Shown: one piece after another, positions 9,176-18,312 of the stretch
How the letters are laid out: each line of letters starts with the position of its first letter
Numbering within the stretch: the first letter of the stretch is position 1
Assembly: GCA_017540905.1 (NCBI GenBank)
Contig: JAFYAC010000018.1
Location: forward strand, 42,344-106,343
Reading direction: 5' to 3'
DNA: 64,000 bases
Source: Kiritimatiellia bacterium
GTDB taxonomy: Bacteria > Verrucomicrobiota > Kiritimatiellia > CAIQIC01 > Lenti-01
The notes under the pieces: model-generated
Databases searched by the model: none
Seen by the model: the letters and a program-made list of their open reading frames with translations, nothing else
Told to the model about the DNA's origin: nothing
Position numbers and translations under genes: made by a program

Positions 9176-10657
9176 ATGGATCTTTCCATCAAAGCCCTCC
9201 ACAAGAACATCGCGGAATGGATGGCCGGCCCCCTCGGCTCCATCCTCATCCACGTCGGCATCATCCTCGCGGCCCTCTTCCTCGTCTCGACCGCCGTCAA
9301 GAAGGAAGAACCCGAGATCGAAGTCCAGGTCGTCGAACCCGACGAGCAGGAACTCGAAGACATCCTCGAGGACCTCAAGCCCCCCGAGGAACTCCCCGAC
9401 ATGGTCGACAACATCACCCCGCCCGACGTCGACATCGACATGACCCCGCCGCCCGACGTCCAGGACTTCACCGCCGCGCCCGTCATGGACACCGTCACCG
9501 AGCTCGACATCGCCTCCGACGCCATCAGCCCCATCATCATGAAGAACCTCGCCCCCGGCAACATGTCCAACCGCTCCGGCGCCGGCCGCGCGGCCGCCAT
9601 CGGCGCCTTCGGCGGCAAGTGGGGCGAATACGCCGAGGCCGCGGTGCTCCGCGCCCTCGAATGGCTCCGCGTCAACCAGAACGACGACGGCTCCTGGGCC
9701 AACTCCAACAAGGAAGCCATGTGCGGCCTGGGCATCCTCACCTTCCTCGCCCACGGCGAAACCACCGCCTCCGAAAAATACGGCCCCACCGTCGAGAAAG
9801 CCATCCGCTACCTCTGCGCCAAACAGAACGAAAAAGGCGAATTCGCCAAGATCACCCCCAACGGCGCCGCCCCCGTCTACACCCAGGCCATCTGCGTCTA
9901 CGCCATCAGCGAAGCCTACGGCATGACCCGCATCGCCTCCCTCAAGGACGTCATGGAAAAAGGCGTTCAGGTCATCATCAACGGCCAGCAGCCCGGCGGC
10001 GGCTTCGACTACGGCTGGAAGAAGGAATCCCGGCGCGACACCTCCCTCGGCGGCTGGTGCTGCCAGGCCATGAAGGCCGCCTACATCGCCGGCGCCGAAA
10101 ACCAGGGCCTCCACGAAGCCATGGAAAAATCCATCAACGACATGAAGGGCGCCCAGCGTGAAGACGGCTACTTCATCTACGCCGACGGCCGCGGCCGCAT
10201 CACCAACATGACCGCCGTCGCCTGCCTCTCCATGCAGCTGCTCGGCCACGGCGAAGACAAGGAAGTCAAGGACGGCATGAAATTCCTCAGCAGCGCCGAC
10301 TGCTCCTGGGACAAGCCGGCCGAATGCCCCCTGTACGCGTGGTACTACATGTCGCAGGCCAAATTCCACGTCGGCGGCAACACCTGGAGCACGTGGAACA
10401 ACAAATTCGCGCCCCTGTACATCCGCCACCAGAACCAGGACGGCAGCTGGGTGAGCCCGGGCGTCACCGGCTTCAAGGAAGGCAAGGACACCGTCGAGCG
10501 CGAATGGATGGGCAGCGAGCACGACAGCAAAGTCTACGCCACGACCCTGGCGGCCCTGACCTTGCAAGTCTACTACCGCTTCCTCCCCACCTACAAACCC
10601 ATCGAAACCGCCACCGAAGAAGCCTCCGACGGCGACGTCGAAATCGAAATCCTGTAG
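9176..10657 (+). CDS. TonB/TolA-like membrane-anchored protein fused to a prenyltransferase/squalene-cyclase-type alpha-alpha toroid repeat domain
   Basis: N-terminal TM helix, acidic Pro-rich spacer (PPEELPDMVDNITPPDVDIDMTPPPDV), then repeats with DDGSW, QQPGGGFDYGW and QDGSW motifs typical of prenyltransferase/SQHop-cyclase repeats. Last gene of the ExbBD operon. Confidence 0.7.
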   Translation: MDLSIKALHKNIAEWMAGPLGSILIHVGIILAALFLVSTAVKKEEPEIEVQVVEPDEQELEDILEDLKPPEELPDMVDNITPPDVDIDMTPPPDVQDFTAAPVMDTVTELDIASDAISPIIMKNLAPGNMSNRSGAGRAAAIGAFGGKWGEYAEAAVLRALEWLRVNQNDDGSWANSNKEAMCGLGILTFLAHGETTASEKYGPTVEKAIRYLCAKQNEKGEFAKITPNGAAPVYTQAICVYAISEAYGMTRIASLKDVMEKGVQVIINGQQPGGGFDYGWKKESRRDTSLGGWCCQAMKAAYIAGAENQGLHEAMEKSINDMKGAQREDGYFIYADGRGRITNMTAVACLSMQLLGHGEDKEVKDGMKFLSSADCSWDKPAECPLYAWYYMSQAKFHVGGNTWSTWNNKFAPLYIRHQNQDGSWVSPGVTGFKEGKDTVEREWMGSEHDSKVYATTLAALTLQVYYRFLPTYKPIETATEEASDGDVEIEIL

Positions 10658-10693
10658 TCCCCTCCTTCCCCCCGGCGGCCCCTCCGCCGCCCC

Positions 10694-10729
10694 GCCGCGC
10701 CGGTCTCCTTTCCCGGCGCGGCGTTTTTG
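10694..10729 (+). terminator. Rho-independent terminator after the ExbBD/TonB-like operon
   Basis: GCCGCGCCGG - 9 nt loop - CCGGCGCGGC followed by GTTTTTGT, immediately after the stop at 10657. Confidence 0.5.
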
Positions 10730-11144
10730 TCGTGAACCCGAGTGCGGGCGGCAACCTGGCGGCAGGCCTGCGGCGGCAAACACGGAGGGGACGGAGGAAA
10801 GAGGCACGGAGGTGTTTTTGGAGAGGGAGTTTGTTGGAGGGGCGTCCGCGCGGCGGAAACGTCCATCAAACTCTATTTGGGTGCGGAAGGAATGACGGCG
10901 GTTTTGCGGCGCCACCTCCCGTACACGGCCCATTGCGGAAAAACGGATGGGGAAGCGGGTGGGGCCTGGGGGCGCGGGCGTCCCGCCCGCGGGGTGCCTG
11001 GAGATGGAAAACCGGTCGAAAAAAAACATGTTTCTCCATGATCTCCCATCCAGCGGCGCGGCTGGAAGCCGCACCTCCGGAAGTCGCGCGATGCTTGTCC
11101 AGAAGGTCTTGCGCCCCTTCCTGGGCCCCGCCCGATGCCCAAGT

Positions 11145-11228
11145 CCATGGCGCGGCTGGAAGCCGCACCTCCCAGCCGGGACGTTCTCCATGGGGAGGGA
11201 CGCCCTTCCGCGCGTCCGCGGAGGGGTA
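11145..11228. repeat. REP-like double-hairpin element, degenerate copy C
   Basis: GTTCTCCATGGGGAGGGACGCCCTTCCGCGCGTCCGCGGAGGGG matches the second hairpin of copies A and B. The upstream GCGCGGCTGGAAGCCGCACCTCC unit is repeated twice (11050 and 11150). Confidence 0.45.
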
Positions 11229-11526
11229 GCGCCAGAAGGGTCACGAGACAATGTGGACGTCTTGGGAGGGCCGCGCTTTGTCGCGGCCGCGCGAACGGGG
11301 TGTTTCAGGCATGTTCCTGAAGAGTCCTGTGGACACGGCCCGGACGAAGCCGGGCCCTCCCGGGATGCGGCTCGGTACGCACTCCACGGGGAGGGGGGCA
11401 CCTTGCGGGAGGGACGCGCTCTGGAGCGGTTGCTCGTGCATGGCCCAGGGATTTCGTGAATGGAGTCGTGCGGAGGCCCCCGTTCGCCCCCACCCGCCAT
11501 GCTGTTTCTTGGACCACCAAAAGACA

Positions 11527-11554
11527 GGAAATGCCATATTTTTCCATAATCTCA
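11527..11554 (-). promoter_or_regulatory. Solo copy of the GAGATTATGGAAA...GCATTTCC promoter-like motif, reading leftward into the gene-poor island
   Basis: Minus strand reads GAGATTATGGAAAAATATGGCATTTCC. Matches the motif upstream of the three paralog genes and the DUF218 gene. Confidence 0.35.
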
Positions 11555-11601
11555 CGCGGCGGGAAGGGAGACGGGAATGGGGGCGGGGGTGGGGGGCGGG
11601 G

Positions 11602-12397
11602 TCAGGCGGAGTGGATGGCGGAGGCGAGGGAGGAGGCGAGGTCGTAGACGGGGCCCGGGGCGTCGCGGCCGTGGGTGGCGATGAGGCGGACGAGGGCGGA
11701 GCCGACGATGGCACCGTCGGAGATGGACGCCATGGCGCGGGCCTGGTCCGGGGTCGAGATGCCGAAGCCGATGGCGGCCGGGACGGTAGAGGCGGCTCGG
11801 ATGGTGCGGAGGATGGCGGACAGGTCGGTGGTGATCCGGGTGCGCTCGCCGGTGACGCCAAGGGAGGAGACGACGTAGAGGAAGCCGGTTGCGGCGCGGG
11901 CGATGGCCGCGATGCGGTCGGCGGAGGTGGGTGCGACCATGGATACGAGGTCGATGCCGTGGGCGCGGCACGGGGCTTCGAATTCGGCGCGCTCTTCGTA
12001 GGGGACGTCGGGAAGGATGAGGCCGGTGACGCCGGCGGCGGCGCAGCGGGCGGCGAAACGGTCGGGGCCCGGGGCGTAGACGACGTTGGCGTAGGTCATG
12101 AAGGCCAGCGGGATGGGGATTTCGCGGCGGAGTTCGGCGGCGAAGGCGAGGATGCGGTCGGTGGTGACGCCCCCGGACAGGGCGCGCGCGTTGGCGGCCT
12201 GGATGACGGGGCCTTCGGCGGTGGGGTCGGAGAAGGGAATGCCGAGTTCGACGAGGTCGGCCCCGGCGTCGGCCAGGGCGTGGACGATGCGGCGCGTGGT
12301 CTCGAGGTCGGGGTCGCCGCAGGTGACGAAGGGGATGAAGGCCTTGTGGCCGGCGGCGAAGGCGGAGGCGAGGGTGGGAGCGACGGGGGCGGCGGGG

Positions 12398-12405
<8 letters not shown>
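11602..12405 (-). CDS. trpA: Tryptophan synthase alpha chain
   Basis: 267-aa ORF with TrpA N-terminal region ([15 protein letters not shown] ... [13 protein letters not shown]). Last gene of the trp operon, overlapping trpB. Confidence 0.9.
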
Positions 12406-13609
<1,204 letters not shown>

Positions 13610-13637
13610 GGCAAAACTCCTAGGGGGGGATTTACGA

Positions 13638-13766
13638 CAATTCCGACAACTTGGAAAAACAATTCCGACAATGGATAATGGGAGAAAAGATTTTTGGAAG
13701 ACAAACAGGACAAAGGGGGACAAATTGTTTTTCGAAAAAATTGTCGGAAATTGTCGGAAATTGTCT
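13638..13766. promoter_or_regulatory. Cluster of direct and inverted TTGTCGGAAWTTG repeats in the trpF-trpB spacer
   Basis: GACAATTCCGACAACTTGG and ACAATTCCGACAATGG on one side; AATTGTCGGAAATTGTCGGAAATTGTC on the other. Lower-GC spacer inside the operon. Confidence 0.3.
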
Positions 13767-13780
13767 GATGTTTTTTGGGT

Positions 13781-14410
13781 TCATGGATGGCAGGCGCGGA
13801 TGGCGGAGACGAAGGCGCAGATTTTGGCGGGGTCTTTGAGGCGGTCGGTTTCGAGGGAAGAGGAGGCGTCGAGGCCCCAGGGGCGGGCGGCGCGGATGGC
13901 GTCGGCGGCGTTGGCGGGGGTGATGCCGCCGGCGAGGAGGTAGGGGCGCGGGAAACCGGCGGCAAGGGTCCAATCGAAAGCGGTGCCGGTGCCGCCCGCG
14001 CCGTGGTCGAGGAGCACGAGGTCGGCGGGGGAAGCGGCGGCGCGGGCGATGTCGTCGGGGGTGCGGACGGAGAAGGCTTGGATGAGGCGGGCGGAGGGAG
14101 CCAGGGAACGGAGGCGGGCGATGTAGTCGGGGGATTCGTGTCCGTGGAGCTGGGCCCAGTCGATGGTGCGGGCGGCGAGAAGGGAGGCGATGAACTCCGG
14201 CGGCTGGTCGACGAAGACGCCCACGGCGTCGATGCCGGGCGCGAGGGCGGCGCGGAGGGCGGCGGCGCGTTCGGGGGTGATGCATCGGCGGCTGGCGGGC
14301 GCGAAGACGAAGCCGACGAAGTCGGGGCGGACGTCGTTGGCGCAGGCGATGTCTTCGGGGCGCGAAAGGCCGCAGATCTTGATGCGGACGGATGGAAAGG
14401 AAGTGTTCAT
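13781..14410 (-). CDS. trpF: Phosphoribosylanthranilate isomerase
   Basis: 209-aa ORF with a TrpF-like TIM-barrel sequence (IKICGL ... FVGFVF ... LHGHE ... LLAGGI). Confidence 0.85.
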   Translation of the reverse strand: MNTSFPSVRIKICGLSRPEDIACANDVRPDFVGFVFAPASRRCITPERAAALRAALAPGIDAVGVFVDQPPEFIASLLAARTIDWAQLHGHESPDYIARLRSLAPSARLIQAFSVRTPDDIARAAASPADLVLLDHGAGGTGTAFDWTLAAGFPRPYLLAGGITPANAADAIRAARPWGLDASSSLETDRLKDPAKICAFVSAIRACHP

Positions 14411-15564
14411 TGGATGCTGAAATGGCGGAAGTTGCGGACGGTGACGCCGTTGGAGAGGTCGAGGTCGGTGCCGTCGTAGACGACGGTTGGGGCGGAGGAA
14501 CGGGGCGTCTCCGCCTGGTAGCGCAGGACGCCGGCGGCGAAGTCGCCATGCCAGGTCATGGAGGACTTGATTTCGATTGGCCGCGTGCCGCTGCCGGATG
14601 CCGCGACGAGGTCCACCTCGAATCCCCCGCCGGTGCGCAGGAAGGACAGGCGCGGCTCGCGGCCCATGTTCGTCCGCTGTTTCATCGCGTCCGCCACCAC
14701 GAGGTTCTCGAAGAGTTGCCCGCGGAGCGGGTCGCGGGCGACCTGCGCGGCGGTTTCGAGGCCGAGGAGATGGACGGCGAGGGCGGTCTCGGTGAAGTAG
14801 ATTTTGGGGGATTTGACGACGCGCTTGCTGATGTTCGTCGTGCAGGGAGGGAGGCGGAAGACGAGGAAGGACGCCTCCAGGATCGACAGCCAGTCGGCCA
14901 GGGTGGTGGAGGAGACGCCCACTTCGCCGGCCAGGCCGTGCAGGTTCGCGATCTGCCCCGTGCGCCCGGCGAGGAGGGTGAGGAATTTCTCGAAGAGGAC
15001 CAGGTTGCGGACGTTGACGATGCGGCGGACGTCCCGCTCGACGTAGGTCCGCAGGTAGTTGCGGTACCAGGCGACCGGGTCCGTGCCGGGCGAGCGCCAG
15101 AGTTCCGGCATGAAGCCCCGCAGGAGGAGTTCGTCCGTCCCGGCGGCTTCGGCGGCGGCGCCCAGCTCGGCGATGGTGGGGGGATACAAATCCAGCACCG
15201 CGGTGCGGCCCGCCAGCGACTGGGACACGGTCTCGGCCAGCAGGGGTTGGTGGCTGCCGGTGAGGACGAAGCGGCCCATGTCGTGGCGGCGCTCGTCCAC
15301 CAGGACCTGCACCGCCGAGGCCAGCGCGGGGACGTGCTGGATTTCGTCGAGGATGACCGGTGGCGGGTTGTTCTTGAAAAAGGCCTTGGGGTCTTCCGTG
15401 GCCAGCGCCCGGACCTCCCGGTCTTCGAGGTTCACGTAGGCGTGGCCCGGGAAGGCCGACCGCACCAAGGTGGTCTTTCCCGATTGCCGGGGGCCGAACA
15501 GGGTGACCACCGGGTATTGGGTGGCCATTTCCAGCACGAGTTTGGATAGTTGCCGCTTGATCAT
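14407..15564 (-). CDS. AAA+ ATPase of the DUF4143-containing family, inserted within the trp operon
   Basis: Walker A LFGPRQSGKTT, Walker B VILDEIQ, and a C-terminal region typical of the widespread AAA/DUF4143 ATPase family. 4-nt overlap with trpF. Confidence 0.8.
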   Translation of the reverse strand: MIKRQLSKLVLEMATQYPVVTLFGPRQSGKTTLVRSAFPGHAYVNLEDREVRALATEDPKAFFKNNPPPVILDEIQHVPALASAVQVLVDERRHDMGRFVLTGSHQPLLAETVSQSLAGRTAVLDLYPPTIAELGAAAEAAGTDELLLRGFMPELWRSPGTDPVAWYRNYLRTYVERDVRRIVNVRNLVLFEKFLTLLAGRTGQIANLHGLAGEVGVSSTTLADWLSILEASFLVFRLPPCTTNISKRVVKSPKIYFTETALAVHLLGLETAAQVARDPLRGQLFENLVVADAMKQRTNMGREPRLSFLRTGGGFEVDLVAASGSGTRPIEIKSSMTWHGDFAAGVLRYQAETPRSSAPTVVYDGTDLDLSNGVTVRNFRHFSIQ

Positions 15565-15573
15565 GGTGGGGAA

Positions 15574-15602
15574 CTATCTAACGGGAGTGGATGCAATTTT
15601 CA
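15574..15602 (-). promoter_or_regulatory. Candidate promoter (TTGAAA - 17 bp - TAGATA) for the AAA ATPase gene, embedded in an AT-rich palindromic spacer
   Basis: Minus strand reads TTGAAAATTGCATCCACTCCCGTTAGATAGTTCCCCACCATG. The -10 sits 10 nt from the ATG, suggesting a leaderless transcript. Confidence 0.3.
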
Positions 15603-15711
15603 AGTTGAATTTTGAAATTGCATTCTTGGGGAGGCGGCAACGACGAAGCGACGAGACGACGAGGGGACGAAGGGGACGGGGAGGACAAGGGGGACGATGG
15701 GGAGGGGGCGG

Positions 15712-16524
15712 TCATTTGCGGGCGGAGGAGAGGAAGGTGCGGAGGGTGGAGGGGCGGTCGGGGGAGCGCATGAGGGCTTCGCCGACGAGGGCGGCGTCGG
15801 CGCCGGAGGCGGCCAGGGCGGCGAGGGAGTCGGGGGTGGTCACGCCGGATTCGGCAACGAAAGGGATGTCGGGGGGAACCAGGGAGCGGAGGCGGGCGGC
15901 GTGGGTGAAGTCGACGCTGAAGTCGCGGAGGTCGCGGTTGTTGACGCCGATGAGGCGGGCGCCGGCGCGGAGGGCGGTGTCGATTTCGTCCGGGGTGCGG
16001 GTCTCGACGAGGGCGTCGAGGCCGAGTTCGGCGCAGAGGTCGAGGCGGCGGCGCAGGGCGTCGGGTTTGGTGATGGCCACGATGAGGAGGACGGCGTCGG
16101 CGCCCATGGCGCGGGCCTGCCAGAGCTGGTACTCGGAGATGGTGAAGTCCTTGCGGAGCATCGGGGTCGCGGGGAGGACGGCGCGGACGGAGCGGAAGAT
16201 GTCGTCGGAGCCGAGGAACCAGTCGGGTTCGGTGAGGCAGGAGACGGCGTCGGCGCCGCCGGCGGCGTAGTCGCGGGCGATGTCGAGGGGACGGAAGTCG
16301 GGGGCGATGACGCCCTTGGAGGGGCTGGCTTTCTTGATTTCGCAGATGAGGGCGAGGCGGTCGGGGCGGCGCAGGGCGGCGGCGAAGGAGCGGGCAGCGG
16401 GCCGCGGGGGGAGGTCGCGGCAGATGGCGCGGAGTTCGGGCAATGGCAGGCGGGTGGCGTCGGCGCGGGCGCGGAGCCGGGAGGCGGCGGCCAGCCGGTC
16501 GAGGATGGTGGGGGGCGGGGTCAC
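15712..16524 (-). CDS. trpC: Indole-3-glycerol phosphate synthase (GTG start overlapping the trpD stop)
   Basis: Translation contains [21 protein letters not shown] and ALVETR ... LIGVNNRDL motifs of TrpC. The long ORF 15712..18078 in the track is an artefactual extension. Confidence 0.85.
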   Translation of the reverse strand: MTPPPTILDRLAAASRLRARADATRLPLPELRAICRDLPPRPAARSFAAALRRPDRLALICEIKKASPSKGVIAPDFRPLDIARDYAAGGADAVSCLTEPDWFLGSDDIFRSVRAVLPATPMLRKDFTISEYQLWQARAMGADAVLLIVAITKPDALRRRLDLCAELGLDALVETRTPDEIDTALRAGARLIGVNNRDLRDFSVDFTHAARLRSLVPPDIPFVAESGVTTPDSLAALAASGADAALVGEALMRSPDRPSTLRTFLSSARK

Positions 16525-17561
16525 GGGGCGGCGGGGGCTTCGCGCCGGGAGGCGGCGACGGCGGCGTCGAGGGTGCGGAGGGCGGTGCCGGTGTCGATGT
16601 GGTCGGCGGCCAGGCGTACGGCATCGGCGAGGGAGGAGGCCTTGCCGGCGACGTAGAGACCGGCGCCGGCGTTGAGGAGGACGGCGTCGCGCCGGGGACC
16701 GGTTTCGGCGCCGGAAAGGATGGCGCGGACGATGGCGGCGTTTTCGTCGGGGGTGCCGCCGGCAAGGTCGGTTTTGCTGCCGCGCGGCAGGCCGACGAGT
16801 TCGGGGGTGACGACGAAGGGGGTGATGGTGCCGTCGCGGACTTCGCAGGCGGTGGTGGGGGCGCCGATGGAGAGTTCGTCGAGGCGGTCCTGGCCGTGGA
16901 CGACGAGTCCGCGGCGCACGCCGAGGGTGGGCAGGACGCGCGCGACGGGCTCGACGAGGTGTTCGCTGTAGACGCCGAGGACCATCATGGAGGGACGGGC
17001 GGGGTTGGTCAGGGGGCCGAGGATGTTGAAGACGGTGCGGATGCCGAGTTCGCGGCGGATGGGGCCGACGTATTTCATGGCGGCGTGCATCTTCTGGGCG
17101 AAGAGGAAGCAGAAGTTGGTTTCCGCCAGGACGCGGAGGGAGGCGTCGGGGTCGATGGCGATTTGGTAGCCGAGGGCTTCGAGGCAGTCGGCGGTGCCGC
17201 ATTTGGAGGAGGCGGCGCGGTTGCCGTGCTTGGCGACGGGGACGCCCGCGGAGGCGATGACCATCGCGGAGGTGGTGGAGATGTTGAAGGTGTGGGCTTC
17301 GTCGCCGCCGGTGCCGACGATGTCGAGGACGTCGAGGCCGGGGTGCGGGACGGACAGGGCGTGCTCGCGCATGGCGGCGGCGCAGCCGGAGATTTCGTCG
17401 GCGGTTTCGACGCCGGCGCTCTTGGTGGAGAGGGCCGCCAGGAAGGCGGCGTTCTGGGTGGGCGTGGTCGCGCCGTCCATGATTTCGTTCATCACGGCGT
17501 AGGCTTCGGCGTAGGTCAGGTCTTGTTTGTTGACGATTTTGACGATGGCTTCTTTGATCAT
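16521..17561 (-). CDS. trpD: Anthranilate phosphoribosyltransferase
   Basis: 346-aa ORF with [15 protein letters not shown] and [12 protein letters not shown] motifs. Confidence 0.9.
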   Translation of the reverse strand: MIKEAIVKIVNKQDLTYAEAYAVMNEIMDGATTPTQNAAFLAALSTKSAGVETADEISGCAAAMREHALSVPHPGLDVLDIVGTGGDEAHTFNISTTSAMVIASAGVPVAKHGNRAASSKCGTADCLEALGYQIAIDPDASLRVLAETNFCFLFAQKMHAAMKYVGPIRRELGIRTVFNILGPLTNPARPSMMVLGVYSEHLVEPVARVLPTLGVRRGLVVHGQDRLDELSIGAPTTACEVRDGTITPFVVTPELVGLPRGSKTDLAGGTPDENAAIVRAILSGAETGPRRDAVLLNAGAGLYVAGKASSLADAVRLAADHIDTGTALRTLDAAVAASRREAPAAP

Positions 17562-17573
17562 GGGGGGCTCCGG

Positions 17574-17717
17574 GGTCGTTGGGTCGTTGGATCGTTGGGT
17601 CGTTGGATCGTTGGATCGTTGGGTCGTTGGATCGTTGGGTCGTTGGATCGTTGGATGGTTGGGTCGTTGGATGGTTGGATGGTTGGATTGGTGGGGGGAA
17701 TTTCAGAATTTCAGATT
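17574..17717. repeat. Tandem array of about 15 units of the 8-bp repeat RTCGTTGG, followed by 4 units of ATTTCAGA, in the trpG-trpD spacer
   Basis: Seen directly: gggtcgttgg atcgttgg gtcgttgg ... atggttgg attggtgg, then aatttcagaatttcagatttcagatttc. Confidence 0.85.
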
Positions 17718-18312
17718 TCAGATTTCGGGGTGTCGGAAGGCGCGGGCGAGGTGGAGGAAGTTGCGGAGGATTTGGGGGCCTTGGGGGGTGAGGATGGATT
17801 CGGGGTGGAATTGGAGGCCGTAGATGGGTTTTTCCTTGTGGGCGACGGCCATGATTTCGCCGTCGTCGGCGAGGGCGGTGACGGCGAGGCAGTCGGGAAG
17901 GGTGGAGGCGACGGCGGCGAGGGAGTGGTAGCGGGCGACGGGGAAGGTTTCGGGGAGTCCGTCGAAGAGGGGGCAGGGGGCGGCGCGGCGGACGGGGGAG
18001 GCCTTTCCGTGCATGAGGGTCTTGGCGTAGGAGACGGTGGCGCCGAAGGCGGCGCAGATGGCCTGGTGGCCGAGGCATACGCCGAGGATCGGGATGCGCG
18101 CGCCGATCTCCTTCACGGCCGCGATGCAGACGCCTGCGTCTTCGGGGCGGCCGGGGCCGGGCGAGAGGACGAGGGCTTCGGGGGCGAGCGCCGCGATGCC
18201 GGCGGGGGCGAGGTCGTCGTTGCGGACGACGCGCACGTCGGGGTCGATGGAGCCGATGAGCTGGTAGAGGTTGTAGGAGAAGGAGTCGTAGTTGTCGACG
18301 ATCAGGATCACG
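17718..18312 (-). CDS. trpG: Anthranilate synthase component II (glutamine amidotransferase); GTG start overlapping the trpE stop
   Basis: ILIVDNYDSFSYNL ... GVCLGHQ ... QFHPES class-I GATase motifs. Confidence 0.85.

Noticed and set aside
10324-11229. 301-aa ORF 10324..11229 and other ORFs covering the 10730-11600 island
   Set aside because: Out-of-frame run-on from the TonB-like gene into repeat DNA; Arg/Pro-rich translation with no homology signal.
17574-17717. CRISPR array
   Set aside because: Repeat period is 8 bp with no spacers; no cas genes in the window.
17527-17823. Trp-rich peptide ORFs (W every 8 residues) as a trp attenuator leader peptide
   Set aside because: They lie on the strand opposite to the trp operon and in the middle of the operon (trpG-trpD spacer), not upstream of trpE. 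More likely a by-product of the 8-bp tandem repeat. Kept only as a low-weight note in the findings.
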